Sequence record: NC_070950.1 | DNA length: 64,000 nt | Direction: 5' to 3' (one strand) | Part shown: positions 18,701-28,554 of the stretch, one piece after another | How positions within the stretch are numbered: position 1 is the stretch's first letter | Layout: the number at the start of each line of letters is the position of its first letter | Notes under the pieces: generated by a model | Seen by the model: the letters and a program-made list of their open reading frames with translations, nothing else | Told to the model about the DNA's origin: nothing | Database searches by the model: none | Made by a program: the position numbers and the translations under genes

Positions 18701-19816
18701 ATGATCACCGCTGTGCTGTCCTGGGCATCCGCTATTATTAGCTTAGCTAAGATGCTTAATCCTGACAACAAAAACTACGATGAGAGCAAAAAGGTCATTG
18801 ATAAATTGGGTAGTGTGGCCGGAATCGTCAGCACGAGTTCCGCAGCTAAGTCAGCGCAACGCGCCATTATCAACCCGATGGTTGTGGTGGAGCGGCCGCT
18901 CCTCCACCAAGAATATATGAATGAACTTTTAACGATCATACAATTACGCGACATCATGAACGTCCTGACCCACCTGAGTTTGCAGGGTGAAGTTGGCGGC
19001 GTTAAGATCGCTAAACTGATCGAAGGCATTAACCCGTCCCGTTCTGGTTTCCTTTCGCTGATGGGCGCCGAGTCTTTTGGTGGAACCAACATTCTTCCAC
19101 CGGTGGCTGGGGCCGAAGCCGATCTGGTTACCGTTAAAGATAAAGACGGTGTGATGATCGACACTAAACTTCAAAATACCCTCAACGAATATTCCCCGCT
19201 CGCTCTGGGTAAAGTCGTTGGCGCCGAAGTTATCATCGATGGTAAACGCAACACGTTCCCACTGGTATTCCGCCAGGTCCCGGTTCCTGCGGATACCAAA
19301 CAGCTTGAGAACGTATTCCAGGTAGCCAAGCCCGAAGACGGCCTGCGCATGCGTATCATGATGCTCAAAACAGGCGAAATCACACCTGCCGAGTTCCTTA
19401 CCGGTAGCGATCTGGTTAAGAAAGAATTCGCCGTTCGTAAGAACGATTTGACCGGGTACTACGAAGAAGCGCAAAAACGTGCGACTCGTAATCGTGTTGA
19501 GGCTATTCGCACTGGCGAAGCTTCCATGAACACAATGGCGAACGTCTTCGTTATGTCTTCCGATACCGCTCGTCAGATCGAGCTTGAAATCGGCTTACGT
19601 TTTGCCAACGCCTCTTCCCGTGACCGCATTTTCAGCAAAACCGTCGCTAACACCATTGTGGTGGTTAACGAAGGCCGCGGTATATTTACGTTCTACACTC
19701 ATGGCCAGGATATGCCGGAAGTGTACACGCGTTCAGAAATCAAAGTGAAGGCTGCTAAAGATACCTCTTCTAACAGTCTGCAAGATTTGCTTAAACTCTT
19801 TAACGGTGGTGTATAA
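18701..19816 (+). CDS. internal head protein (371 aa)
   Basis: Start reassigned to the ATG at 18701 (GAGGA SD); G-x-E sites MGAESF and AGAEAD; first gene of the inner-head operon. Confidence 0.65.
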   Translation: MITAVLSWASAIISLAKMLNPDNKNYDESKKVIDKLGSVAGIVSTSSAAKSAQRAIINPMVVVERPLLHQEYMNELLTIIQLRDIMNVLTHLSLQGEVGGVKIAKLIEGINPSRSGFLSLMGAESFGGTNILPPVAGAEADLVTVKDKDGVMIDTKLQNTLNEYSPLALGKVVGAEVIIDGKRNTFPLVFRQVPVPADTKQLENVFQVAKPEDGLRMRIMMLKTGEITPAEFLTGSDLVKKEFAVRKNDLTGYYEEAQKRATRNRVEAIRTGEASMNTMANVFVMSSDTARQIELEIGLRFANASSRDRIFSKTVANTIVVVNEGRGIFTFYTHGQDMPEVYTRSEIKVKAAKDTSSNSLQDLLKLFNGGV

Positions 19817-20691
19817 TGGATCTGGTGAAATACGCTAAAGGCGTAAAGTCGCTTAAAAAGAAAGACGTCTACGATACAATCGCGTTACAGAAAGGCATGG
19901 TGAACACGATCAAAAACATGCTCGCCCTCAACGCCAGTAACGACGTCGGATACGACCAGTACGCTCAGCGCTGGGCACTGACCAAAGGGATCCTCAAAGA
20001 CGTTGGCCGTCGGGTAACTAATCCGACCATGACCGACATTTTTGTCGATTCGATTAAAGGGATCGAATTCATCCTGTCTCGTCTGGAACAACAGGCCAAA
20101 GGCATCGACGATACCATTGACGGAACAACCCTGACCATCAAAGAAACCAACATCCTGATCATCCTGGATAACATTGGTTTTTGGACAGGTTACACTCTGG
20201 ACCTGGTGGAAGTCCTTTCTTCTTTTGCGCTGGAAGGCAAAGAAGATGAGCGCGGTATTAATAAAGCCGACCTGACTTTCCTTAATAAGACTTGGTCTTA
20301 TTATTCCGATCTCTCGGTTCAGTTCATGGCTGAGCCCGACCAGATCGTTCGTCGTTTAGAGAAACTTTCTGACGTGCCGGCGGATCAGGATAGCGTGGAT
20401 ATTGTTCAGAACGCCAAAGGTCGTGATGCTGTTAACGCGATGAGAGGGTTCGGGATTCATACCGTTCTGCCGGCCTACTGGATTCTCGATATTAAGAAAA
20501 ATATCGATCTCGGTCGTATCAAAGCTAATCAGAAGCGCATCGAAATTCACTCGATGAAACTTGAGCAGCTGATGAACAAACGTAATGGTAGCAACGATCC
20601 TCACTTGGATCGCCAGATTGAAATCTACCAAAACGACATCATCAAGGCTAAGGCTAAAATCGAAGATATCGTTGAAAGTTATCAGGTGTAA
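19816..20691 (+). CDS. head/inner-body protein (291 aa)
   Basis: TAATG overlap with the upstream gene; coiled-coil C-terminus; synteny with the phiKZ gp89-gp97 cluster. Confidence 0.6.
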   Translation: MDLVKYAKGVKSLKKKDVYDTIALQKGMVNTIKNMLALNASNDVGYDQYAQRWALTKGILKDVGRRVTNPTMTDIFVDSIKGIEFILSRLEQQAKGIDDTIDGTTLTIKETNILIILDNIGFWTGYTLDLVEVLSSFALEGKEDERGINKADLTFLNKTWSYYSDLSVQFMAEPDQIVRRLEKLSDVPADQDSVDIVQNAKGRDAVNAMRGFGIHTVLPAYWILDIKKNIDLGRIKANQKRIEIHSMKLEQLMNKRNGSNDPHLDRQIEIYQNDIIKAKAKIEDIVESYQV

Positions 20692-20702
20692 GGGAGTCCA
20701 TT

Positions 20703-21218
20703 ATGCCGAATTACCGTTCGAGCAAATACGGTATGGTGAGTGCTGATCTTTTAGATCCCTCCCTTACCGCTGTTAACGATCTATTAAAACTCTATCTCAG
20801 AAATGCGGGCCAAGATTTCGAATTCGGCATTGCGCCTAAGAACATTCAGGAAGCGTTTCGGAATGTCAACACGCTGATGGCTAATGACTTCCGTGCTTGG
20901 CTGGCGGCTAACTACAACGATGGCGTCGGGCTACGATCAGATATGGTTCGTCGAATCCTGGGTTTTCTTTCTGGTGAACTGACGGGTCAGCTGGTCGTAG
21001 AAGGCATCCGGATGGACCAGATCAAGGTCAGACATCTGAAACGCATCGGTGGAGAGGCTAAACCTTATCTCCCTGCCCCTGCCAAAAGAAATGAAAAATG
21101 GCATGATGCCCTGAACAATGTCTTACCTAACGATTTCTACAGTTTGGTAGAAGGTATCGGCTTGCAGGCATTAGTTTGTTTAATGCTGACGTTAAGTGGG
21201 GAAACAGGCGATGTCTGA
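20703..21218 (+). CDS. head protein (171 aa)
   Basis: GGGAG SD; within the head operon. Confidence 0.6.
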   Translation: MPNYRSSKYGMVSADLLDPSLTAVNDLLKLYLRNAGQDFEFGIAPKNIQEAFRNVNTLMANDFRAWLAANYNDGVGLRSDMVRRILGFLSGELTGQLVVEGIRMDQIKVRHLKRIGGEAKPYLPAPAKRNEKWHDALNNVLPNDFYSLVEGIGLQALVCLMLTLSGETGDV

Positions 21219-22506
21219 TGTCGATAAGATTTCAAAAGAACTTTCGGAGATTTCCATTACTCACTCTTCCGAGTTAATCGAAGCTGCCGAAGAATCCAAC
21301 CAGATGGCCGAATTTGCCGATCGACTTTCTGAGTCGGCTGACAGGGCTTTGGTTATAAAAGAAATGCTTCAGAACGTTAACCCTACCGCGGTAACCGTTT
21401 CTTTTGGTTCAGCCATTGATAAACAGTTAAACCGTATTGGGGTGATGGACGTCATTAATAAGACGTCAGCTGACGTTTTAGGCGCAGAAGCGTTGGGAAG
21501 AACCCTGATGCCTTCGGCCTATCTCCAAAGCCGTATAGCCGGCTGTGAGTCTTTTATCGGCGATGCCTTATCCAAGGCTAAGAAAATGCTGATAGCGGCG
21601 TCTGAGGGCATTAGGGACCGTTATATTCTCATTAAGGAATCTAATCGTTCTTTGGCAAGAAGAATTCTCTTAGTAGAAGAGAAGTTGAGTAAAGCCCCAG
21701 GTCCTTTAGTTCACGGTCAGTTTAAAATTAAACTTGATCGTAATCCTCGGCTTTTCCTGGTTGATGGCGTGGTTAAAGAGCAGTGGGGAGCACAACTTGA
21801 GCGAGTAGATAAATCCATTTCTGCGCTTATGTCGAACTACTACAAAAATAACCGCAGTTCTATCAACGAACTTCTTTCTTATTTCGGCGGGTTCTCCCAT
21901 CTCGAAGAAGACCGTGCTATCGAACGTCTTTTGTCCATGCCGAGCATGATCAGCCATTACACCTTTAAGGAATGTTTATATCCCAACCGGGAGCTTTCTA
22001 AGGATGGTGTGAGGGTAATGCAGTCGGTGGAACTTATGGGCGGCCGTCGTTTCCTTAACGCGGTGTATGAGAAGAAACCAAAGCAGTTTGAGTCTCTGGA
22101 AGAACTCTCCCGGTATTTCACCCAGATCCTTGAAAACGAATACGTTAAGTTCGTTGCCACCGAAAAAGTTGAATTGAATAAAGATATTGAGATCTCCAGT
22201 CTCTCTACTTTAGAGATCAAGGTTATTCTTAAACTCTGTTCAGGTATCCTTGATAAAACAGAAAGCCTGTTCAGCGAAGGCGATCAGTATTCGGTGGAAG
22301 GAAAGGATTATTTGGAAATGATTAACGTCATTTCTGATAACAACTGGGATGACAAACTCAAGTCTACCGTCGTCAGGTATTTCGAACAGCTCGCTTTGAA
22401 ATATAATAAAGAGATGCTGAACAACCGTGTGGCGGTGGTGGAATACCTGACCCTGCTTATCAATGGACTGTTAAACATCGCTGAACGTAGTATAGACGGC
22501 GAATAG
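21211..22506 (+). CDS. phiKZ-like internal head protein paralog (431 aa)
   Basis: Start likely 21211; acidic propeptide, G-x-E sites (LGAEAL, AGCESF), then amphipathic helix. Confidence 0.65.
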   Translation: MSDVDKISKELSEISITHSSELIEAAEESNQMAEFADRLSESADRALVIKEMLQNVNPTAVTVSFGSAIDKQLNRIGVMDVINKTSADVLGAEALGRTLMPSAYLQSRIAGCESFIGDALSKAKKMLIAASEGIRDRYILIKESNRSLARRILLVEEKLSKAPGPLVHGQFKIKLDRNPRLFLVDGVVKEQWGAQLERVDKSISALMSNYYKNNRSSINELLSYFGGFSHLEEDRAIERLLSMPSMISHYTFKECLYPNRELSKDGVRVMQSVELMGGRRFLNAVYEKKPKQFESLEELSRYFTQILENEYVKFVATEKVELNKDIEISSLSTLEIKVILKLCSGILDKTESLFSEGDQYSVEGKDYLEMINVISDNNWDDKLKSTVVRYFEQLALKYNKEMLNNRVAVVEYLTLLINGLLNIAERSIDGE

Positions 22507-22514
22507 GGGGTATC

Positions 22515-23489
22515 ATGTCGCTAGAGCGCATTATGCTTTCTAAAAAGGCACAGGGCCAACATCAGGACTTGATGGATGCGTTGAACCAATTTAACGTCGT
22601 TATGGGAAACGAAACCCTATTTGACGACGTTAAGCTTATCGGGACGAACGTATTATCCCGATCTGCGGTGTTGGCTGGAAAAGGTATAACTGAGTTGAAC
22701 AATCTCTTTACTGTTGGTACTCGTAAGGCCATGGTGAAATTTGGGACTAATCGTCAGGCGATCTCTGTTTTATCCAGGGATGTCCCTAAACGAGAGCTCA
22801 AAGAAGAGGTTGTTCTTCCAGCATCTTTTGTCAACAACGTGACCTCAGAGGGCGATCTGAGTACGGTTATCGACGATACGCGAGCCCTCGGCCAAACGTT
22901 GGATTTGTTGGTCCGTCACCTCAATGACATCGACGGATACCTGAAACAACAACTGGGTTACGTAAAGGATATTGGAAACGTTCGTACTAACGATCAGGGC
23001 GTGGCTTTGATTCAGAAATACGATAAGTTATCTTATCCTCCCTTACAGCTGCCCATTCATGCTAATTTTATAGCCTCTTCGCACCCCTTGCCCGGAGGGA
23101 AGATTTTAACCTACGATGATAAACGTCATGTTTATTCTATGTCTGGTAAAAAGCCCCACGGCGAATCCCAACCTTATCCTGCTCAATTAGATACGGTTGG
23201 ATGGTTACGAGCGGTTAATGGCGTCAACGATCATTTACAGCGCTTAATCAAGTATATGTACGAGTACAATACTTTTGTTAAGAACTGGGCTAGTGCGGTG
23301 AAATCAGCGTATCCCCATCTTGAAAGAGAAGATAACCTGAGTGAGTCCGTTTCTAAGCAGCTCGAAAGAATGCTTGATGGTAACGTCAACATTATGCAAT
23401 TGTATAGCGGATTACTCCCTCGTCTTATTGGATACACGGATAAGTATATCCAGGATGTGTTAGGGTCCGTCAACAAACTTCTTAATTAA
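22515..23489 (+). CDS. phiKZ-like internal head protein paralog (324 aa)
   Basis: AGGGGG SD; short propeptide ending MGNETL; similar layout to neighbours. Confidence 0.6.
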   Translation: MSLERIMLSKKAQGQHQDLMDALNQFNVVMGNETLFDDVKLIGTNVLSRSAVLAGKGITELNNLFTVGTRKAMVKFGTNRQAISVLSRDVPKRELKEEVVLPASFVNNVTSEGDLSTVIDDTRALGQTLDLLVRHLNDIDGYLKQQLGYVKDIGNVRTNDQGVALIQKYDKLSYPPLQLPIHANFIASSHPLPGGKILTYDDKRHVYSMSGKKPHGESQPYPAQLDTVGWLRAVNGVNDHLQRLIKYMYEYNTFVKNWASAVKSAYPHLEREDNLSESVSKQLERMLDGNVNIMQLYSGLLPRLIGYTDKYIQDVLGSVNKLLN

Positions 23490-23526
23490 TAAGTTTTACA
23501 TCAAATCTCTCTAGAGGATTTAAATA

Positions 23527-24792
23527 ATGAGTAAATTGTTTCTGGATCTGCTGGCTCGTCAGGGCAACGAAAACCTGGAAATCGAACTGGGTAATGGCGA
23601 TACCGCTGTAATCGTTCCTGAGTCGGCCGAAGAAATCGCTGAAATGGCTGCTGAAAACGTCCTCGCTGAAACTTCCGAAGAACTGGAAGAACACGCCGAT
23701 GACGTTGAAGACCTGTGCGACAAAGTTGAAGAACTGGAAGAGCAGGTTGAAGAACTGCAAGAAGTCGTTGAAGGCGCCGAAGCCCTCCTGCAACCGGGTA
23801 CCCAGTGGAACCCTGCTGCATTCGCCCTGCTGTACGCCCGCGGTGAAAAACTGAACGCCAAAATGAGCGATACCGCTGTCCCGGTTATGGGTGCGGAATC
23901 TCTGGCTGACGCGACTACCGCCGAACTGTCTGCTCGTGAAGGCCTGGAAGCTATGGGCGCCACCGTGAAAAAATGGGGCTCTCAGGCGATCGCTTTCATC
24001 AAGAAAATCTGGGATAGCCTGATCGCTTTCATCAAAGGCCTGTTCTCCAAAGCCACCGCGGTTAAGAACAAAGCGAAAGCTGTTGCCGCTCGCCTGGAAA
24101 AAACCGAAAAACTGAAAGAAACCATCAAGCTGGGCAAATGGAACGCGTTTGTCGGTGTTGGCGAAGGTCAGCCTAAATCTGCAACCGGTCTGTCCACTCT
24201 GATCGGCGCTGCCGGTAAAGTGGTAGCGGGTTCTGAAGCTCTGCTGTCTTCTCCGGGTAACGCCGCTGCGCTGGCAGGTCCGGTTAAAGAACTGAGCTCC
24301 GCAGCAGCTGGCCTGGACTCTGTTTTCGGCCCGGCTAAGAAAGCTGGCGGCGACAAAGCCGTTGCCGCTCACCAGTGGCGTGGTCTGACCATCGCGGTCG
24401 GTTATTACGCTGGTAAAGTCGAAACCTTCGAAGATGTTGCGAAAGCCGCTAAAGCCATCCGCATCTCCTGGAAAGTTTCCGGCGGTAAAACCTCTGGCGA
24501 ACACAAAGTCACCGACGGCAAAGACGCGCTGAAAAAATACATCAGCGACGCCAACGCTCTGGTTGACTCCATCGCTTCTTCTAAAGTTGAAGCGCAGTAT
24601 GGCGCGGCTAAACGCGATCGTATCATCGGCCTGCTGAAAGCAGCTGATACCAAAGACGGCGAAGACGTGGGTAAAGCAGTTAACGCAGTGAAAGCTGCTC
24701 AGACCGCTCTGTCCTCTGTAACGACCTCTGCGACCCGTCTGGGCCTGGCTATCGCTAACGGCGAACTCGACTACGTACGTGCTTGCCTGTAA
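23527..24792 (+). CDS. abundant phiKZ-like internal head protein (421 aa)
   Basis: GAGGA SD; very acidic propeptide with four G-x-E sites; helix AIAFIKKIWDSLIAFIKGLF; strong optimal-codon bias like the capsid gene. Confidence 0.75.
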   Translation: MSKLFLDLLARQGNENLEIELGNGDTAVIVPESAEEIAEMAAENVLAETSEELEEHADDVEDLCDKVEELEEQVEELQEVVEGAEALLQPGTQWNPAAFALLYARGEKLNAKMSDTAVPVMGAESLADATTAELSAREGLEAMGATVKKWGSQAIAFIKKIWDSLIAFIKGLFSKATAVKNKAKAVAARLEKTEKLKETIKLGKWNAFVGVGEGQPKSATGLSTLIGAAGKVVAGSEALLSSPGNAAALAGPVKELSSAAAGLDSVFGPAKKAGGDKAVAAHQWRGLTIAVGYYAGKVETFEDVAKAAKAIRISWKVSGGKTSGEHKVTDGKDALKKYISDANALVDSIASSKVEAQYGAAKRDRIIGLLKAADTKDGEDVGKAVNAVKAAQTALSSVTTSATRLGLAIANGELDYVRACL

Positions 24793-24820
24793 TCCCTCGG
24801 GATGGTTGTTTAAATCAAGA

Positions 24821-24846
24821 GAGGGGAGTCCTTAGGGGCTCCCCTC
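24821..24846 (+). terminator. rho-independent terminator
   Basis: GAGGGGAGTCC-TTAG-GGGCTCCCCTC stem followed by CCTATTTT. Confidence 0.7.
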
Positions 24847-24870
24847 CCTATTTTGCATTTGAGAGGATTT

Positions 24871-25944
24871 ATGTCTACCCCTTACACTCAAAAAGGCATG
24901 TCCATGTCTCTCGCAGAAGAATACGAGGGAGATAAAAAGAAATTAGATCGTTACATTGAAGGTACCCCCGATAACGTAGAGCGGTATAAAAAGGTGGCAG
25001 CGGTTATCGGTAAAGAACCCGGCCATGTTACTGACGATAAAGATACAATAGACAATACCGCCGGCACAGAAGAATTTGATATCGACGAAGCCGTTCTTAA
25101 TTTCCCAGAAGATGAGAATGTTGCTGGGATGGAAGACTTCGTAGAGTTTGCCAAGAAGGCAATAGTTCGATTAATGCGAATGATCAAGAATGCGGCTATC
25201 TTCATCTACGAGCTCGTCTTTAACAAGGTTAGTCGCATCAAACACATCGCCCGTAAAGCAGAGTATCAATTAAGAACGCAGAGTCTGATACCTACTCTCG
25301 TACCTTACCCCAAAGGGACCCGTAAGATATTCATAGGGCCGGCTTTACAGACCAACGCTAATTGGACGCTTAAGAGTATTCAGCAGGTTCAACTGTTTTA
25401 TACCAGGTTGATGAAAGCGCACGGTAATTTATTGGATGCGGCTAAATCGGGTAATTGGAGAAACAACCCTAATTTCATTTTTGAAACAGCGGCTACGTTC
25501 GCTAATGAAATTTGCCAGAATCATCACAGTGATTATTCTGAAACCCAAGTTCTCCCAGGCGGGAAAATCTACAGGGTGAATTATTCCAAAGGCAGTGGAA
25601 AAAATCGTCCTGGTGTTTCCCTTAGCCAGAAACTCTCCGTTCAACTTAAGGATAAATCATTTAAGCCGGATAGAGCGATTGCTGACGACCTCATGACAGC
25701 CCTGCAGGGATTCGCTGATAAGATCGGTAACGATCATCGCAGTCAAACCAGCACTTCCAGAAAAATGGAAGCGGCGATAAGAGACCTGGAACGTTATTAT
25801 GTCGATCCTGAGGCAAAACGCCATGCGGCGGCTTACTTCACTTGGTTGATTGATTTCCAACGTACGGTTCTGAGCACTGGTCTTCAGTATGTTTTCGGAA
25901 CCCTGTTCGGTTATGCTGAATTCATTTCGGCTAATGTTAAGTAG
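24871..25944 (+). CDS. phiKZ-like internal head protein paralog (357 aa)
   Basis: Start reassigned to the ATG at 24871 (GAGAGGA SD); AGTEEF and AGMEDF sites, then amphipathic helix. Confidence 0.65.
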   Translation: MSTPYTQKGMSMSLAEEYEGDKKKLDRYIEGTPDNVERYKKVAAVIGKEPGHVTDDKDTIDNTAGTEEFDIDEAVLNFPEDENVAGMEDFVEFAKKAIVRLMRMIKNAAIFIYELVFNKVSRIKHIARKAEYQLRTQSLIPTLVPYPKGTRKIFIGPALQTNANWTLKSIQQVQLFYTRLMKAHGNLLDAAKSGNWRNNPNFIFETAATFANEICQNHHSDYSETQVLPGGKIYRVNYSKGSGKNRPGVSLSQKLSVQLKDKSFKPDRAIADDLMTALQGFADKIGNDHRSQTSTSRKMEAAIRDLERYYVDPEAKRHAAAYFTWLIDFQRTVLSTGLQYVFGTLFGYAEFISANVK

Positions 25945-25952
25945 AGGTAGTT

Positions 25953-26363
25953 ATGTCAGCTGGTGTTATTAGCAAGAACATGTGGGTGAGTCTACTCTCT
26001 AAAGCCCTCAACGCCGATGCAAGTGTATTAAAATCTCAGACGTTTGTTTTTTCGCCGAGTAGCTCTGACGACCTAGTTAGAATTAGCGACGTTAGAGGTC
26101 CCGATTCCCCCGTTGTAATGAAGAAGTTTGATTTCGGCAAACTCACCTACGGGAGAAAGTTCGACGTTCGGCACATTCTTCAGGATTCTGAAAACAAAAC
26201 AGCCGATGAGATTTTTGAATATTGGAAGAAATTGGTGCGACTCGATGACCTTGATCGCGGCGAGGTTGATTTGGTTAAAGACGAGTCGATCCTTTATATC
26301 TATTTCAAATCTTCATCTATCTGTTTCAAAGGAAGCGTTGAGGTGACGTATGCGGATCGGTAA
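25953..26363 (+). CDS. small virion protein (136 aa), S-x-x-F/Y-x-G-S domain family
   Basis: GAGGT SD; C-terminal SSSICFKGSVEV shared with ORFs 27697 and 51162. Confidence 0.6.
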   Translation: MSAGVISKNMWVSLLSKALNADASVLKSQTFVFSPSSSDDLVRISDVRGPDSPVVMKKFDFGKLTYGRKFDVRHILQDSENKTADEIFEYWKKLVRLDDLDRGEVDLVKDESILYIYFKSSSICFKGSVEVTYADR

Positions 26364-27690
26364 TTATTTATTTCAAAACATACGTACCGCTTTGACCCTA
26401 TTGGGTATTGTGTTTCAGATTCAAACGAGGAAACCTACTCAAGAAGAGTCAGATATTCTCGTTAACGGATTCAGGGAACTTGACGTTTCTCCTGCAGTTT
26501 ATCAAGAAAACGCATTACTGGCCTTACAGCTAGTGATTAAACGTTATATAGAGGATCTGGAAGCGTCTTTCTATGAACTGAGTCAATTACACGGATTAGT
26601 GCCAAAATCGCTTCATAGCGTATTAGGCGAGCTTATAGAGGGAATTAAGAAAACAAACAGCGACGACCTCGTTGAATATTTCGATGAAGGGTTGTTAAAA
26701 GAACACTCCATTCGCAGTTTGTTTACCCCTACCCCTGAAGACGAACTCGTCATTTCCGAGCATTACGAGACATTAAAAAGTCTTTATAACGAAACCGTTA
26801 CTAATCTCCTCGACGAATTAGAAGACACCATTGACCCTTCGATTCTTCCGATAATAGAGGATGGGGTACGCGATCTTAATTTGATCGAATTTATTTTACA
26901 GTATTTCGAATTGTCTAATTACGACAATGTCTCGGAGGAAGAGATGAAATATAGTCAGGTTAAAGCCAAACTTGATGAAATTGAAACTGCGGTCATTAGT
27001 GGTGCGGAAGAATTCAAAACCCTCATTAACGATTCTCCAGTATCGGGAATGGAAGCCGGGTTTGTTGACACTGTTAAAGCCGGAATCGCCAAAGTCGTTG
27101 ACACTATCAAGACTGCGCTGAAAACTCTTCTCGATTTCTTTGCTGGACGTAAGAAAGATGCCGCGGCTCAGATCGCAGATATCAAAGAGAAGTTCAATAA
27201 GCAAATCGAAGATCTGAAGGCGGCTGGTAACGACAAGCTTGAGATAGATCAAGAGAATATTAAGAAAACCATTGATATGTTGGAGAAGGCTGATCTTAGC
27301 GAAGTCGCCAATCATTTCAAAGGGGTGAACGATGCAACAGGTGCTATCTCAGCGTACACCGCGGCATTGTCTGATCTGGAAAAACTCTGCAAGCCGGATG
27401 ACGCCGATAAACAATTGGGTGATACTCAAACTAAACTCAATGAACTTTCCGGGACTCAGGTCAACGTGAACAACGACGCGCCAGCAGAAGAGAAGTCGAC
27501 CCTGAAAGAGGTCGTTGGCGAGCGCACCAAAGCTCTACAAGAGAAGTTCGCAGAAGCCAAAGAGAGTGTGAAGAATTTTATCAAACCTCTGTCCGCCATG
27601 GAGCGTCTCAATAGTACTCTGGGTAAAGTCATCAAAAAGAAATCAGAGAAGGAAGAAAAAGTCTCTGGTAACGAAGCCTGGATGGAGTAA
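26350..27690 (+). CDS. head protein (446 aa) with possible internal in-frame start at 26944
   Basis: GAGGTG SD; C-terminal half has SGAEEF and SGMEAG sites, an amphipathic helix and terminal SGNEAWME. Confidence 0.65.
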   Translation: MRIGNYLFQNIRTALTLLGIVFQIQTRKPTQEESDILVNGFRELDVSPAVYQENALLALQLVIKRYIEDLEASFYELSQLHGLVPKSLHSVLGELIEGIKKTNSDDLVEYFDEGLLKEHSIRSLFTPTPEDELVISEHYETLKSLYNETVTNLLDELEDTIDPSILPIIEDGVRDLNLIEFILQYFELSNYDNVSEEEMKYSQVKAKLDEIETAVISGAEEFKTLINDSPVSGMEAGFVDTVKAGIAKVVDTIKTALKTLLDFFAGRKKDAAAQIADIKEKFNKQIEDLKAAGNDKLEIDQENIKKTIDMLEKADLSEVANHFKGVNDATGAISAYTAALSDLEKLCKPDDADKQLGDTQTKLNELSGTQVNVNNDAPAEEKSTLKEVVGERTKALQEKFAEAKESVKNFIKPLSAMERLNSTLGKVIKKKSEKEEKVSGNEAWME

Positions 27691-27696
27691 AGAGAA

Positions 27697-28485
27697 ATGA
27701 TTAATTCTGCTTTCACTCCCGGATTTTTAGCGGTGTTGGGTTCGCAATACGCCCTTACCGACATCCAATCTGTAGACGATACGACTAGTGAACTCAAAGC
27801 AACCTTAGGGGAAACACCAAAGACCTTCAGATTCCCAAAAATGGATATTGGGGATATGTTCGTTGGCGCTCCTCTTATCAGCTTCGGTACCTCCGGTGAA
27901 CTTATTAACGACGTGATCGCCAGAGCCATGAACTATCATGAAGCTGGATTGGTTAGCGGTGTGGATTTCGATTTAGAGGAAGAGCAATTAGATTTCCAAG
28001 AAGGTACAAGCGTTTACCTTAATGTTAAGATACTCTCTTCATCTTTAATGTACAAAGGGAGTTTCGGCCTGACGGTTTATCGCGCTGACCTGTCACCGCT
28101 CACCCAGCCCATTGAACGTGATCTGACATCAACGATCCCTGATTACTCTTCACTGGACTGGATGACGTATCTCAGTACTCGAATTTTTAACGTTGAGTAC
28201 GATATTGAAATCGGCGACACCATTCCGGAATCCTGGAAAACCCCACTGTGGCCTTTGCTTTACGCCATGGATCCGGCTTTCAATATTGATGACGTGTTGG
28301 ACGCGATTACGGGTTCCGAAGTGTTGGAAAAATACACGGATGAAATTTCCAATCTGTTGGTGATCAAGTTAGAGGGCGGAGAACTCACCCTTCGCTACAC
28401 CTTTGATAAGGCCCAGACCGTAACCTACATTACCGATTTTGAACTCCCCGGCGACCCAGCTATCACTGACGCGTTACTCCCTTAA
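27697..28485 (+). CDS. virion protein candidate (262 aa)
   Basis: Contains the SSSLMYKGSF domain; ends before a hairpin. Confidence 0.55.
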   Translation: MINSAFTPGFLAVLGSQYALTDIQSVDDTTSELKATLGETPKTFRFPKMDIGDMFVGAPLISFGTSGELINDVIARAMNYHEAGLVSGVDFDLEEEQLDFQEGTSVYLNVKILSSSLMYKGSFGLTVYRADLSPLTQPIERDLTSTIPDYSSLDWMTYLSTRIFNVEYDIEIGDTIPESWKTPLWPLLYAMDPAFNIDDVLDAITGSEVLEKYTDEISNLLVIKLEGGELTLRYTFDKAQTVTYITDFELPGDPAITDALLP

Positions 28486-28490
28486 CAACG

Positions 28491-28519
28491 AGAATCTGGC
28501 CCCAGAAAGGCCAGATTCT
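28491..28519 (+). terminator. hairpin (putative terminator)
   Basis: 11-bp perfect stem AGAATCTGGCC/GGCCAGATTCT, 7-nt loop, AT-rich tail; TATG at 28519-28522. Confidence 0.65.
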
Positions 28520-28554
28520 ATGACCTTATATTTTTAATAGAAGAGGACGTTATT

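Noticed and set aside
23482-24504. 340-aa antisense ORF and other short ORFs over gene 23527
   Set aside because: Same codon-bias shadow effect; composition (F, Q, R, G-rich) mirrors the sense codons
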